The notes: generated by a model from the letters alone, not told the origin. A stretch of DNA of 64,000 nt from Candidatus Heimdallarchaeota archaeon (GCA_019057815.1 JAHLWR010000009.1:67858-131857), one strand, 5' to 3'; shown: positions 1 to 8,934, counted from the stretch's first letter. Made by a program: numbers and translations.

Positions 1-290
1 TGTACTAAGAAACCAGGAGTGTCGCCTTCTACAACTTCAAAATCTAAAATGCTTTTGAATTCTTCAGGTTCATCGCCTTCTGAAATAGTTTTGATGAGTA
101 ATTCCTTATTTCCTTCTTCAACAACCTTTGCCCCCCATGCCCCAACAGCTTTATCATCAGCATAGGATTTTGACCCAATCCAAATCCAAACATTCAGAGG
201 TGTAATAACTAGATAAACATCTCCATTGTTGAACTTATAAGGTTCTTGGAGTTTTTTTAGCTTTTTACGAATAACTTGATAAACATTCAT
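1..290 (-). CDS. Partial (C-terminus beyond window) gelsolin/villin-like domain protein; start ATG at 288-290 on minus strand
   Basis: Own translation of the minus strand gives MNVYQVIRKKLKKLQEPYKFNNGDVYLVITPLNVWIWIGSKSYADDKAVGAWGAKVVEEGNKELLIK..., running off the window edge. The NGDvYlv...vwiWiGsKS pattern matches the gelsolin repeat core (compare sGDcfiLD...iyqWcGskS). It is absent from the ORF track only because it has no stop inside the window. My base reading near position 180 was ambiguous, so a frameshift there cannot be excluded. Confidence 0.45.
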   Translation of the reverse strand, partial: MNVYQVIRKKLKKLQEPYKFNNGDVYLVITPLNVWIWIGSKSYADDKAVGAWGAKVVEEGNKELLIKTISEGDEPEEFKSILDFEVVEGDTPGFLV

Positions 291-344
291 ATTTTATTAT
301 ATATTTTTACTATCTTAAAAAAATTGTGAATGTACTTATGAGTT

Positions 345-363
345 ATTTTCCCCACTTTTCCCA
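345..363. repeat. Terminal inverted repeat (right end relative to tnpB) of the TnpB element
   Basis: Exact 19-mer whose reverse complement is at 2088-2106. Confidence 0.85.
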
Positions 364-620
364 GATTGAAGGAAAGTGGAAGACAATTTTGAGGACTCTT
401 CCCAACCCAGGAACGTTTAAGGTCGCATAGCATCAAGCAGTAGCTTAGGGAGCTTCAAGCTCTGGGATTACACCTCCAACACACAGTGTTAACAGAGGTG
501 AGGGGGTTCATCTCCTCACCGGGACTCATTACTGGAGACTTATGTTATTGAGAACCTTAGGTACTCACTCCAGCTCCGGGGGTAAGCAGATGACTCTGCT
601 TTGTCTGTAGCCATTGGCTC
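345..620 (-). ncRNA. Candidate omega-RNA (reRNA) scaffold, derived from the tnpB 3' end and the IS right end
   Basis: A GC-rich island (about 400-620) sits in an otherwise AT-rich window, with obvious stem-loops such as GGTGAGG-N10-CCTCACC near 497-522. It lies immediately 3' of the tnpB stop (557), between tnpB and the IS end, as in characterised TnpB systems. Confidence 0.35.
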
Positions 621-2036
621 AAGACAGGGAAGACACGAAAAGAACTGAGTGGAAAGAACTTTCCACTAACATGGTCTTTAATGGAGTTATATTTTGGTTG
701 CAGAACGTATTTTATCAGTCTTTTAGCTATATTTTTCGCTCCATTTAAGTCTGCATTAAGGTTATACCCACAAGTGTTGCAGATGAATGTAGGTTGGTTG
801 GGACGGATAGTGTGATAGGATTCACAACGAGAACAGTAAGAAGAGGTCCACGATTCACTGATTGTTAGTATCCTATGCTCCTCCCATCCCTGTAAAGAGA
901 GCTTGAATTTGAGTAATTCTGCCACTCTCCTGTAATTCCATTTGTGGATACTTTTACGGGAACGAGGGTGGAAGTTACCTCTGAAGTGGCTCTTACGGAT
1001 ATGAAAGGGGAAACCTACAACCACGTAGAGATCATATCTCTTACCAACAGAGAGTATATATTTTACTAACTTATTGACATAGGTGTGGTCAGTTAGTTTA
1101 TATTCAGTTCTTTCTCTCTTTCTGAGTTGTTTTAGTTGGTGGAGAAGATTTTTTTCTCTTGTTTACAGTCAAGCTAGTTTTAGCTAAAATTTTCTGCAGT
1201 TCAGTTATTTTTCTTTCTTTTTCCTTTTGCAATTTTTTTCGTGTCTTATCAGACCAGAATCTGATCTCATGACGGTTGATAACTCCCTTCGGAGTTAAGA
1301 GTGCACTTACTGCACGTTTGTTGATTCCTAAATCTATCCCCAGCACAGCTGGAGGACGAGGAGAAGCATACTTTTCTGGAATGTGAAGCAAGATGAAATG
1401 TACCCACCATTCCTTCTTCATTGGGTAGTAGAGCACTTCGAGTGCCTGTAATTTCCCTTGTTGTAGGTTATATTCATGATAAGGGGAACAAGCGAGAGGT
1501 AACCACAATTTCTCGTGTATGTGAGTTTTGTTCTTCTTTGTATCAAAGGAGTCTCTTATCCCTACCCACCATCGGGCAATGGAGTTGGAAGGAGAACAAG
1601 TAAGAATAAACCTTTTACTATGGGCTAGCTGTGTACGGGGGATTTTTTTTAGTGGAGGATTCTTAGCAGGAGCTGAATTGTTTGCTTGTTGACTGTGGTA
1701 GATAGCTACAGCATTCTCTCTACATTCCTGTAACTCATTCTGGGAGCAGCGAGGAAAGCTCTTTTTCAAATCATGTCTAACTGTAAGTCGATTGTGTAGT
1801 TTATTCTTCTTATATGTGGTAAGAGTATGATGGTCTAGTTTTGCTTTACTCACCTTCTTCTTTCCCTTCTTTTTGTTTACTAGTTGCTCTTCATTGTGAT
1901 AGATCACTCTTAGGTACTGCTTAATTATTCTTGTATCTCTTCCCGTAATTTGCTCTAGTCTCTTTCTTTTCCGTGTTGTGATTACTTCTGCTTTAATTCT
2001 CACTTTTACAGTCGTTCTCACCCCACTTCTCGTCAT
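557..2036 (-). pseudogene. tnpB: tnpB (OrfB-family RNA-guided nuclease), split by a frameshift around 1104-1162 into a 310-aa N-part and a 155-aa C-part
   Basis: The N-part has the RuvC-I motif VLGIDLGINKRAV. The C-part has the zinc ribbon CSRCES...CNTCGYNLNADLNGAKNIAKR, containing the RuvC-III NADxNGAxNI. Two different frames are open across 1104-1162. No clear RuvC-II IvxEdL glutamate is visible at the junction (YDLYVVGFP). Confidence 0.75.
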
Positions 2037-2087
2037 TCTTGAATCATTATTTCTATTAGATTTTCCTATAAAAAGCTAACTAGAATG

Positions 2088-2106
2088 TGGGAAAAGTGGG
2101 GAAAAT
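2088..2106. repeat. Terminal inverted repeat (left end relative to tnpB) of the TnpB element
   Basis: TGGGAAAAGTGGGGAAAAT is the reverse complement of 345-363. Confidence 0.85.
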
Positions 2107-2185
2107 CAACCATGCATATTAGTGTTATAAAAATATACAAGCAAAACAATAAATTTTATAAAATACTTCGTTACAAATCATTTTA

Positions 2186-3052
2186 ATGCGTAAGCCAAAG
2201 AAAGAATACTATCTAGAATGGGAAGCTGAGAAGATTTTCATTAACTTAAAAAACGGAGCTAAGTTAAGAGTTCTCTATTACCCTGCTATTACGAAATCAG
2301 AAAATACTCTCAATATCGTTTATAATTCAGGTTTTAATTCATATGTTTTTATCTGGCTCGAATCTGTTGAGGAGCTAAGAAAATATCATAATATTTACTT
2401 CATCGAAACAAGAGAAAAAGAATTCTGCGAAATGCCAGATAACAATCAAGATTACAGCGTACCTATACTTTCTGAAGATTTTAAATATGCACTTGATGAA
2501 TTAGGACTAGATATTAGTAAGTGCGTTTTTACGGGGTCATCTATCGGTTCTAATGGAATATTACACTCCATGGATAAATATCATTTGAAGCCTTTTTTGG
2601 CGGTTTTAGCTACACCAATGGCTCTAATGGAAAGAACTAATCTTATTGATACGACGCTTTGGATGCCTTATTATGTTGCTCAACTGCTTAAACCGTTTTT
2701 ATACTTATTAATAACTATAATTTTCAGGAATGACAAATCCCAAGTAAAAACTATGAAACATGGTGTCAGCAGAATGCTCAAGAAAAAAAGTATGGCATGG
2801 CTTAGATTAAATCCTCTAAGTAAACCTTACGTAATGTCTGAAGAACATACAAAAAATCTTCATTCTCCAATTGTTATTGTAAACCCAGAAGCAGATAAAA
2901 CTCACGATAGCGGTCTAATGACAAAAATAGAATCTTTTCTTCCCAAAGCGAAATTTGTAACAGTACCTGTTAATTCTGATACTCATAATAAGCGCTTTGC
3001 AAAGATTATCTTGGATGAGATTGAAAATCAAAGAAATAAGAAAGAGAATTAA
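2186..3052 (+). CDS. Hypothetical protein, putative alpha/beta-hydrolase fold (GSSIG nucleophile elbow, C-terminal DTHN)
   Basis: A GxSxG pentapeptide (GSSIG) is present, with candidate Asp and His downstream. There is no other recognisable family signature. Confidence 0.4.
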   Translation: MRKPKKEYYLEWEAEKIFINLKNGAKLRVLYYPAITKSENTLNIVYNSGFNSYVFIWLESVEELRKYHNIYFIETREKEFCEMPDNNQDYSVPILSEDFKYALDELGLDISKCVFTGSSIGSNGILHSMDKYHLKPFLAVLATPMALMERTNLIDTTLWMPYYVAQLLKPFLYLLITIIFRNDKSQVKTMKHGVSRMLKKKSMAWLRLNPLSKPYVMSEEHTKNLHSPIVIVNPEADKTHDSGLMTKIESFLPKAKFVTVPVNSDTHNKRFAKIILDEIENQRNKKEN

Positions 3053-3111
3053 GAAGTAGTTTTTAGATGAATTTTAGATAAATTTTAATATGGTCTAAAT
3101 ATAGCATATTT

Positions 3112-3756
3112 ATGGATAATAACAAAGATAATGCTGAACTTCTATGGAAGGTTATTATATCCAAAATTAAACCATATTTAACAAGTGATGATCTCGTTTT
3201 TTTAGACGCAGATAGATATTCTAAGTTGATTATAAGGTTGAGAGATATTAAAGAGTTAAACGAAAATGAACTATCTTATGCTAGAAAAAACAGAGATTTA
3301 ATCCTCTTAAGAATGGGACTGATTCATACAATTCCTGATATGTCGGATCAAGTCTTGGAATTAGCATTACATCAAGTAGCAGTCCGTTTAGCTAAAACAT
3401 ATTATAGCACTAATGTTGTCGAATCAATAGAAGAAGCTGAAAAAAAAGTTTTAGACTTGGTCAGAAACATTGGACGTGGAGTTGTTTCAATTAGTTTGAA
3501 TCCTGAAGAAGGAATTATTGATATGCGTAATGTACTTACTAAATATAGCAAAATAACGCTTGATAATGCAAAAGATATTGAAAAGATATTATCTAAGCTT
3601 AAAGATGATCTAATGGAAATCGGTGTTGTTGGTTCGGTTCTACATGATATTAGCCAAGTATGTCAACAATTAAGGAAAACTAGAGAAGAAGATTTACCTA
3701 TGAAATCTGATATTTTGGAATCATCTTATGACTGGCAAGAAAAAATCTTGAAGTGA
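3112..3756 (+). CDS. Hypothetical all-helical protein
   Basis: A long ORF in operon-like spacing with no motifs I recognise. Its stop overlaps the next gene's start (ATGA). Confidence 0.5.
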   Translation: MDNNKDNAELLWKVIISKIKPYLTSDDLVFLDADRYSKLIIRLRDIKELNENELSYARKNRDLILLRMGLIHTIPDMSDQVLELALHQVAVRLAKTYYSTNVVESIEEAEKKVLDLVRNIGRGVVSISLNPEEGIIDMRNVLTKYSKITLDNAKDIEKILSKLKDDLMEIGVVGSVLHDISQVCQQLRKTREEDLPMKSDILESSYDWQEKILK

Positions 3757-4532
3757 ATAAAATGGATATAGAAGAGAGCAATAACGATGAAAATACGCTA
3801 AAAGAGATTCCTAAAGTCAAACAAAACGAGAACAAATCTAATGATACTATTAACAACGCTGAAGACGCTAAAAGTAAAAGCGAATCGAAAATATATAAAA
3901 TATTTCAATTATTTACCTCTAAAATTAAAGAAACAATAAATGTTGAGCTACTTAGACTTGATATAGAGGTGTGGATTTTAAGTAAGCTCAAAGAAGGTCC
4001 AACAATCATTGTGGGTGATAAAATAGCAGGATTTTCAGAAGAAGTAGCTAATCTTGGAAATAAGGTTGTAGTTAGAGATAGTTCTGTAACATATGTCTCA
4101 CCTAAAGTAGAAATCGGAAATAAAGAACATCTAGCTCACATAGATATGAAACCCTTCAAATTTGAAAAGTTTCTTTCAAGTAGGGATCAGTTTTCTAACA
4201 TTATTCTTTTCTTTATTCTGAAAAAATTAACAAAAGAAGAAAGGGTTGAAATATTAACCCACTGCAAAAGGATGTTATTTAGAGAAGGTCAATTGATAGT
4301 TGTTGATGAGTTTTATCCTAAAAATGTGCTATTATTGCCCTTTGTAGTCCTTTTAGAAGCTTTAAAGAGTTTTTATGCTAAAATAAAAGGAAGAAAAATC
4401 ATCACTCCTTTGAGAAATCTAGAGAAATTGACGAAACAATTGGACTTCAAATTCTATGATGTTAAATATGATGGGAATGGGAGAATCAGATCACACGTTC
4501 TTACCAAAAGATGGGGAGCTTTAATCAGCTAA
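3753..4532 (+). CDS. Hypothetical protein with a class-I methyltransferase-like fold; glycine motif I is degenerate
   Basis: TIIVGDKIAGFSEEVANLGNKVVVRD has a motif I / post-I-like pattern, and LTHCKRMLFREGQLIVVDEF resembles MTase motif III. The glycine loop is not canonical GxGxG. Confidence 0.35.
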   Translation: MNKMDIEESNNDENTLKEIPKVKQNENKSNDTINNAEDAKSKSESKIYKIFQLFTSKIKETINVELLRLDIEVWILSKLKEGPTIIVGDKIAGFSEEVANLGNKVVVRDSSVTYVSPKVEIGNKEHLAHIDMKPFKFEKFLSSRDQFSNIILFFILKKLTKEERVEILTHCKRMLFREGQLIVVDEFYPKNVLLLPFVVLLEALKSFYAKIKGRKIITPLRNLEKLTKQLDFKFYDVKYDGNGRIRSHVLTKRWGALIS

Positions 4533-4547
4533 TTACTATTCATAATT

Positions 4548-4856
4548 CTAAACAGGATATTTTTTAGCATTTTTCTTTAATTTTGTATGTATAGCTTCTT
4601 CCAAATTAACCTCAAGTTCATTGGCTAGTGAAAATAAATAGATAGCTACATCAGCTAATTCGTCAGATAAATGATCTTTTTCCTCATCCAATTTATTATA
4701 AATTTCATCATCTGATAACCACTGAAGCATCTCAAAAAGTTCTCCAATCTCAATAATCATAGAAAGAGCTAAATTTTTAGGAGTGTGAAATTTTTTCCAT
4801 TTCCTTTGATCTCTGAATTTTATAATTTCTTGAGTTATCTCTTTAATGTTAGTCAC
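4548..4856 (-). CDS. MazG-like nucleotide pyrophosphohydrolase (small all-alpha NTP-PPase)
   Basis: The 102-aa protein has EIGELFEMLQW...EEKDHLSDELADVAIYLFSLANELEV, the typical MazG/dCTPase EExxE...ELxDV pattern. Confidence 0.8.
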   Translation of the reverse strand: MTNIKEITQEIIKFRDQRKWKKFHTPKNLALSMIIEIGELFEMLQWLSDDEIYNKLDEEKDHLSDELADVAIYLFSLANELEVNLEEAIHTKLKKNAKKYPV

Positions 4857-4897
4857 AGAAAAATACGAAAAAGAGGAGTATAAAAACTATTTTCTTT

Positions 4898-5989
4898 CTA
4901 AATAACTTTCATTCTCCAATTATTTTTATCTTCTTTTTTGCCTGTTTGAATTCCTATCAACTCTTCATATAGTCTCTTGGTGATAGGTCCTACTTCAAGA
5001 CCGTTTATCGCATACTCCTTATTCTTAAAGAATAGTGCTCCTACTGGAGTTATTGAGGCAGCAGTTCCTGTTCCAAAGGCCTCAGTGCAATGTCCTTTCT
5101 CAATTTGGTCGATTAAGATTTTAATTTCAATTGATTCCTCATTCACAGTATAACCTAGATTTTTTGCAAGATGTATTACTGATTTACGAGTGATTCCTTG
5201 AAGAATTGTGCCATCAAGAGGTGGTGTAAAAATCTCATTGTTAATCACAAACATAATGTTCATTGCTCCCACCTCCTCGACATAACGTCTCTCTTTGGCA
5301 TCCAACCACAACACTTGACTGTAACCAGCTTCTTTAGCTATTTGAGTTTCATAAAGAGTCGAAGCATAATTACCACCGGTTTTTGCTTCTCCTGTTCCTC
5401 CAATAGATGTTCTAACATGTTTATCTGCGACATAAATCTTTGTGGGACTGAATCCTGTTGAGAAGTACGGTCCTACGGGAGACAAGATGATGTAAAAGTA
5501 ATACTCTCTACTTGCATGTACTCCTAATGCTGTTTCTGTAGCTATCATAGTAGGTCTAATGTATAAAGTCGTTCCGGGGGTTTTTGGAACCCACTCTCTA
5601 TCAATTTTAATTAGTTCTACTATGGCTTTAACAAATAAATCCTTGTTAACAGCAGGCATACACATTCTTTCAGCTGATACATTGAATCTTTCAGCATTTT
5701 CATGTGGTCGAAAGATATACACAGAACCAGATTTTTGATTAATATACGCTTTCATTCCTTCAAAGATTTCTTGACCATAATGAAGTACCATAGCAGCTGG
5801 GTCTAAGCTGAAATTTTGGTAAGGCATAATTTTTGGCGTACACCATTTTCCATCTTTATACTTCATCAAGAACATATGATCAGTGAAAATTTTTCCGAAT
5901 GTTAGCTCTTCATCAGGTACTTTTTCCCTTTTTTGTTCTTCTGAACATAATTGTATGTGTATTTCTTGCATATAATTCATTGAACGCAT
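4898..5989 (-). CDS. ilvE: Branched-chain amino acid aminotransferase (fold type IV PLP enzyme)
   Basis: HYGQEIFEGMKAY, the TGTAA loop and its length are characteristic of IlvE. Confidence 0.9.
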   Translation of the reverse strand: MRSMNYMQEIHIQLCSEEQKREKVPDEELTFGKIFTDHMFLMKYKDGKWCTPKIMPYQNFSLDPAAMVLHYGQEIFEGMKAYINQKSGSVYIFRPHENAERFNVSAERMCMPAVNKDLFVKAIVELIKIDREWVPKTPGTTLYIRPTMIATETALGVHASREYYFYIILSPVGPYFSTGFSPTKIYVADKHVRTSIGGTGEAKTGGNYASTLYETQIAKEAGYSQVLWLDAKERRYVEEVGAMNIMFVINNEIFTPPLDGTILQGITRKSVIHLAKNLGYTVNEESIEIKILIDQIEKGHCTEAFGTGTAASITPVGALFFKNKEYAINGLEVGPITKRLYEELIGIQTGKKEDKNNWRMKVI

Positions 5990-6052
5990 AAGAACTTGTG
6001 TTTAAAAGTTTTTGCAAAATTTTACTCGAAAATTCAATATTTTACTTTATCT

Positions 6053-7063
6053 TTATTTAGTATAATCTAGTAGTTCTTTGAAATGCGCTCTCAACTTGCT
6101 TCTAGAAGGCAATAATCTCAAAGTTCTTGCGATAAAATAACTACCACCCCGTAAATAAACAGTAAATGGTTTTAATCTAGGAGCCCAATAGTGTGCCAAT
6201 TGAAAGAAAATAGCTGCTTTCATCGATTCCTTAAAGTCATTCTTCTTTATTTTTATTTTATTTTTTGATAGTTCTCTTAAGTAAATATCTATTATTTCAT
6301 TTAAGGTGATTGGAATTTCTCTTAAGCCAACTTTCATTCCATCAATCTTAAAAGGGAGAAGATCGTAAAAATGTAATATTTCTAAAGCAGATGGACCAAA
6401 AAAGCAATCCTGCCAGTCTATAATATGGAGATCATTTTTGGTTAACATAAAATTGTAGATCCAAGAATCACCATGGAGCAGAGTTATACCACTTCTTTGC
6501 AGAGAATCTAAATACTTGGGCTTTGATATTTCTTTTTTTACTCGTACAATCTCCTCCATTGTGATTGGTATTACCTCTTCATAGTTTTTGGCTACTAATT
6601 TAGCTTTTTTCAAATTATCATATAATTCCTTCTTTTTATGACTCCATTCGTTTATAGTCAATTTAGGGAAATCTTTGAATCTTTCTTGTTCAATTTTATT
6701 ATAGAATTTGGAATGAAAACATGCAATCGCTTTCAAGGCATTTATTATATCCTCTTTTTTCCATTTCTTTGGATGTAAGCCTTTAGCTACTTTCTCAATT
6801 AAAACCCAGAGGACATCACTAGTTTTTGATATGGCTAGAGTTTTTGGGGCAGGGACTTCATAATTAGGAGTTATTTCTTTATAAAATAGCCACTCATTCA
6901 AAGTTGTTTGATTCTTAAATATTGCATTTGTTTTTTCTTTGCGTATCCTTAATTGATAAGTTTGAGCACTTGATGATCCTTGTAATTTTTTTGTTATTTT
7001 AATTTCATCTTTACTGCAATCGAATTGTTTTGAAATTTCACTTAAAATTGCATCTGATAGCAA
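6053..7063 (-). CDS. APH/choline-kinase-like phosphotransferase family kinase
   Basis: LLHGDSWIYNF (Brenner HGD motif) and IDWQD (metal-binding D) are typical of aminoglycoside phosphotransferase-fold kinases. The start is probably TTG or a downstream ATG. Confidence 0.7.
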   Translation of the reverse strand: MLSDAILSEISKQFDCSKDEIKITKKLQGSSSAQTYQLRIRKEKTNAIFKNQTTLNEWLFYKEITPNYEVPAPKTLAISKTSDVLWVLIEKVAKGLHPKKWKKEDIINALKAIACFHSKFYNKIEQERFKDFPKLTINEWSHKKKELYDNLKKAKLVAKNYEEVIPITMEEIVRVKKEISKPKYLDSLQRSGITLLHGDSWIYNFMLTKNDLHIIDWQDCFFGPSALEILHFYDLLPFKIDGMKVGLREIPITLNEIIDIYLRELSKNKIKIKKNDFKESMKAAIFFQLAHYWAPRLKPFTVYLRGGSYFIARTLRLLPSRSKLRAHFKELLDYTK

Positions 7064-7116
7064 TAAATCACCAAGTCAAGAAAATTACTTTTATCTATAT
7101 TTAATTGTTTCGACAA

Positions 7117-7137
7117 AAGGTCAACAGATAGTTCTAT
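7117..7137. repeat. Exact 21-nt motif AAGGTCAACAGATAGTTCTAT, copy 1 (upstream of the APH-like kinase)
   Basis: Identical to 23798-23818. Both copies lie in intergenic DNA 5' of minus-strand genes. Confidence 0.8.
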
Positions 7138-7357
7138 AGTACTTATATTAAAATTCACCAATCAAAATCACGAGGGATCACATTAAAGGAAGAAGATGAA
7201 AGGAAGAATCTATAAAGGATTCAGAATCATTTGAAATAATAACAAGTGATTACCATTTTTATTTAATCTTCGTTGACTTAAGATTTTTTTCTGGGAATTT
7301 GTTGTATCTCCTTACTAGCTACATTAGTAGAAGTTCCATTCTTTTGAGTAGAATAGT

Positions 7358-7828
7358 TCATTCGTCATCATCAAATTTTACAGAGTATTTCCAAATCTTG
7401 TCTAATATTTTCTCCTCATCAGTTGACATAGAACCTATCAAATCAATAAGGCTATTTAGGGTTGCTTCATGTTTTTGAACATCCCCAAGAACAGTAACTA
7501 GTATTTTCTTAGTTGTATCATCAGTCATTTTGTCAATAACAGATTTTAATTGATTCTTAACATTCCATTCCAATTCTATAACCTTTTGTATTTTACTAGT
7601 AGCATTTTCTTTATCATCAACAGGTATAGCCTGATTTTGACCTTGAGCTCTATCTAATAGTCCTTTAAAAATCTCAGCATGTTTTTTAGCGTCTAAACCA
7701 ATTCCATGAAATAATGACTCAAGAAGAGAATTACCAACACAACAATCAACTGATACTAATATTTGACCTATTTTCTCTTTAATTTCAAGCATTTGACGAA
7801 GTTGCATTATAAAGGCATCTTTTTCCAT
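7358..7828 (-). CDS. Hypothetical helical protein
   Basis: ORF only. Weak ferritin-like helical character; no metal-ligand motifs identified. Confidence 0.45.
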   Translation of the reverse strand: MEKDAFIMQLRQMLEIKEKIGQILVSVDCCVGNSLLESLFHGIGLDAKKHAEIFKGLLDRAQGQNQAIPVDDKENATSKIQKVIELEWNVKNQLKSVIDKMTDDTTKKILVTVLGDVQKHEATLNSLIDLIGSMSTDEEKILDKIWKYSVKFDDDE

Positions 7829-8014
7829 AGCGATAAGAAATTTTTTGATATTATAAAAGTTACTAATGCAAGAAAAGTGAAAAACAACTTAATATTAAAC
7901 CTTAACTATCACCGAATTTCATCCCTTTATTAAGAATTGTTAATGTTTCAAAGATACAAATATAAATAAGCAAAAAATCGTCTAGATATCTATATTGAAA
8001 AGCAGTGTGAAAAA

Positions 8015-8932
8015 ATGAGTAAGCATATAATTTCAGTTTCTTTAGGTTCGTCAAAACGAGATTTTAAGAAAGATTATGTTTTAGGTGGGGAGACCATCAT
8101 AGCGGAGAGAATCGGAACAGACGGGAGTATGAAAAAATATCGTGAATTGATACTTAAATTAGATGGTACAGTTGATTGTTTTGGTATTGGTGGTTTTGAT
8201 TTATATTTGAGAAAAGGTGAAAGACGATACAAAATTCGAGATGTTTGGAAAATCGTAAAAAATGTAAAAGAAACACCTATGGTCGATGGAGGGGGAATCA
8301 AAAGCACTATTGAAGGCAATATTATGCAATGTATAGAGGAAAAACTTCCTGAAGAAGTCGAGGAAAGTCGAAGTACTCTTAACATGTGTGCAGTAGACCG
8401 CTGGGGATTGGCTGAATCTTCTTGGGAATTTGTTGAGCACAACAGAAAACTAATAACTTTTGGTGATCTACTTTGGGGATTACAATTAGGAATTGCTCTT
8501 CATCGTATGAGTACAATAAAATTAGTTGCTAAAATATTGCTTCCTGTCGTTTCTCGAATGCCATTTTCAATGCTTTATCCTACTGGTGATAAACAAGAAG
8601 AACATAAACCAACTAAAGTTAAATATTTTAAGAGAGCTAAATTTATTGCAGGGGATTTTCATTTTATTAAGAGAAATATGCCTTTAGATGGGATGGAAGG
8701 AAAAATTTTGGTCACAAATACAACAACACCTGAAGATATTGAACTTCTAAAAAATATAGGTGTTAAGTATGTTGTGACTTCTACACCAAGAATCGAGGGA
8801 AGATCCTTTGGTACTAATGTTTTGGAAGCTTGTATTGTTGCTATAAGTGGTGAAAATAGAGAACTTACCACTGAAGAATATGTTGAATTCCTTGATAAAT
8901 TGTCAATAGAACCACTTATCCAAAAACTGTAA
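8015..8932 (+). CDS. Hypothetical protein with Gly/Ser-rich loops (ISVSLGSSKRD, GIGGFD, DGGGIKST), first gene of a putative operon
   Basis: A long ORF 2 bp upstream of the next gene. The loops look like nucleotide or phosphate binding, but no family is assigned. Confidence 0.5.
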   Translation: MSKHIISVSLGSSKRDFKKDYVLGGETIIAERIGTDGSMKKYRELILKLDGTVDCFGIGGFDLYLRKGERRYKIRDVWKIVKNVKETPMVDGGGIKSTIEGNIMQCIEEKLPEEVEESRSTLNMCAVDRWGLAESSWEFVEHNRKLITFGDLLWGLQLGIALHRMSTIKLVAKILLPVVSRMPFSMLYPTGDKQEEHKPTKVKYFKRAKFIAGDFHFIKRNMPLDGMEGKILVTNTTTPEDIELLKNIGVKYVVTSTPRIEGRSFGTNVLEACIVAISGENRELTTEEYVEFLDKLSIEPLIQKL

Positions 8933-8934
8933 GG

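Larger units (their letters stand above)
345..2106 (-). mobile_element. TnpB-only insertion sequence (IS200/IS605-superfamily cargo) bounded by perfect 19-bp terminal inverted repeats
   Basis: ATTTTCCCCACTTTTCCCA at 345-363 is the exact reverse complement of 2088-2106. Between them lie only tnpB (split ORFs) and a GC-rich structured 3' flank. A TATA-like tttttata box sits inside the left end about 40 nt upstream of the tnpB start. Confidence 0.7.

Noticed and set aside
1421-1603. Short ORFs on the strand opposite long, well-supported genes (1421-1603, 5198-5461, 8074-8442, 8201-8440, 8659-8871, 10338-10547, 12550-12975, 14455-14949, 20009-20200, 25158-25358, 31932-32129, 34825-35055, 35912-36124, 36917-37177, 43249-43434, 45908-46114, 47039-47230, 50262-50611, 54681-54893, 55410-55610, 58099-58350, 59112-59354, 63542-63769)
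   Set aside because: Each is fully embedded antisense (or out of frame) within a gene carrying strong family motifs. They have low-complexity, Ser/Phe/Leu-rich composition typical of AT-rich antisense frames, and no motifs.
1104-2036. Treating the two TnpB ORFs as two separate functional genes
   Set aside because: The RuvC-I motif is only in the first ORF and the zinc ribbon / RuvC-III only in the second. They form a single TnpB interrupted by a frameshift in the 1104-1162 overlap, not two proteins.
7160-7260. Possible box C/D sRNA in the 294-bp intergenic region, and similarly at 63320-63400
   Set aside because: Only GATGAAA-like and CAGA-like fragments are present. There is no canonical RUGAUGA...CUGA pair with terminal stem and correct spacing.
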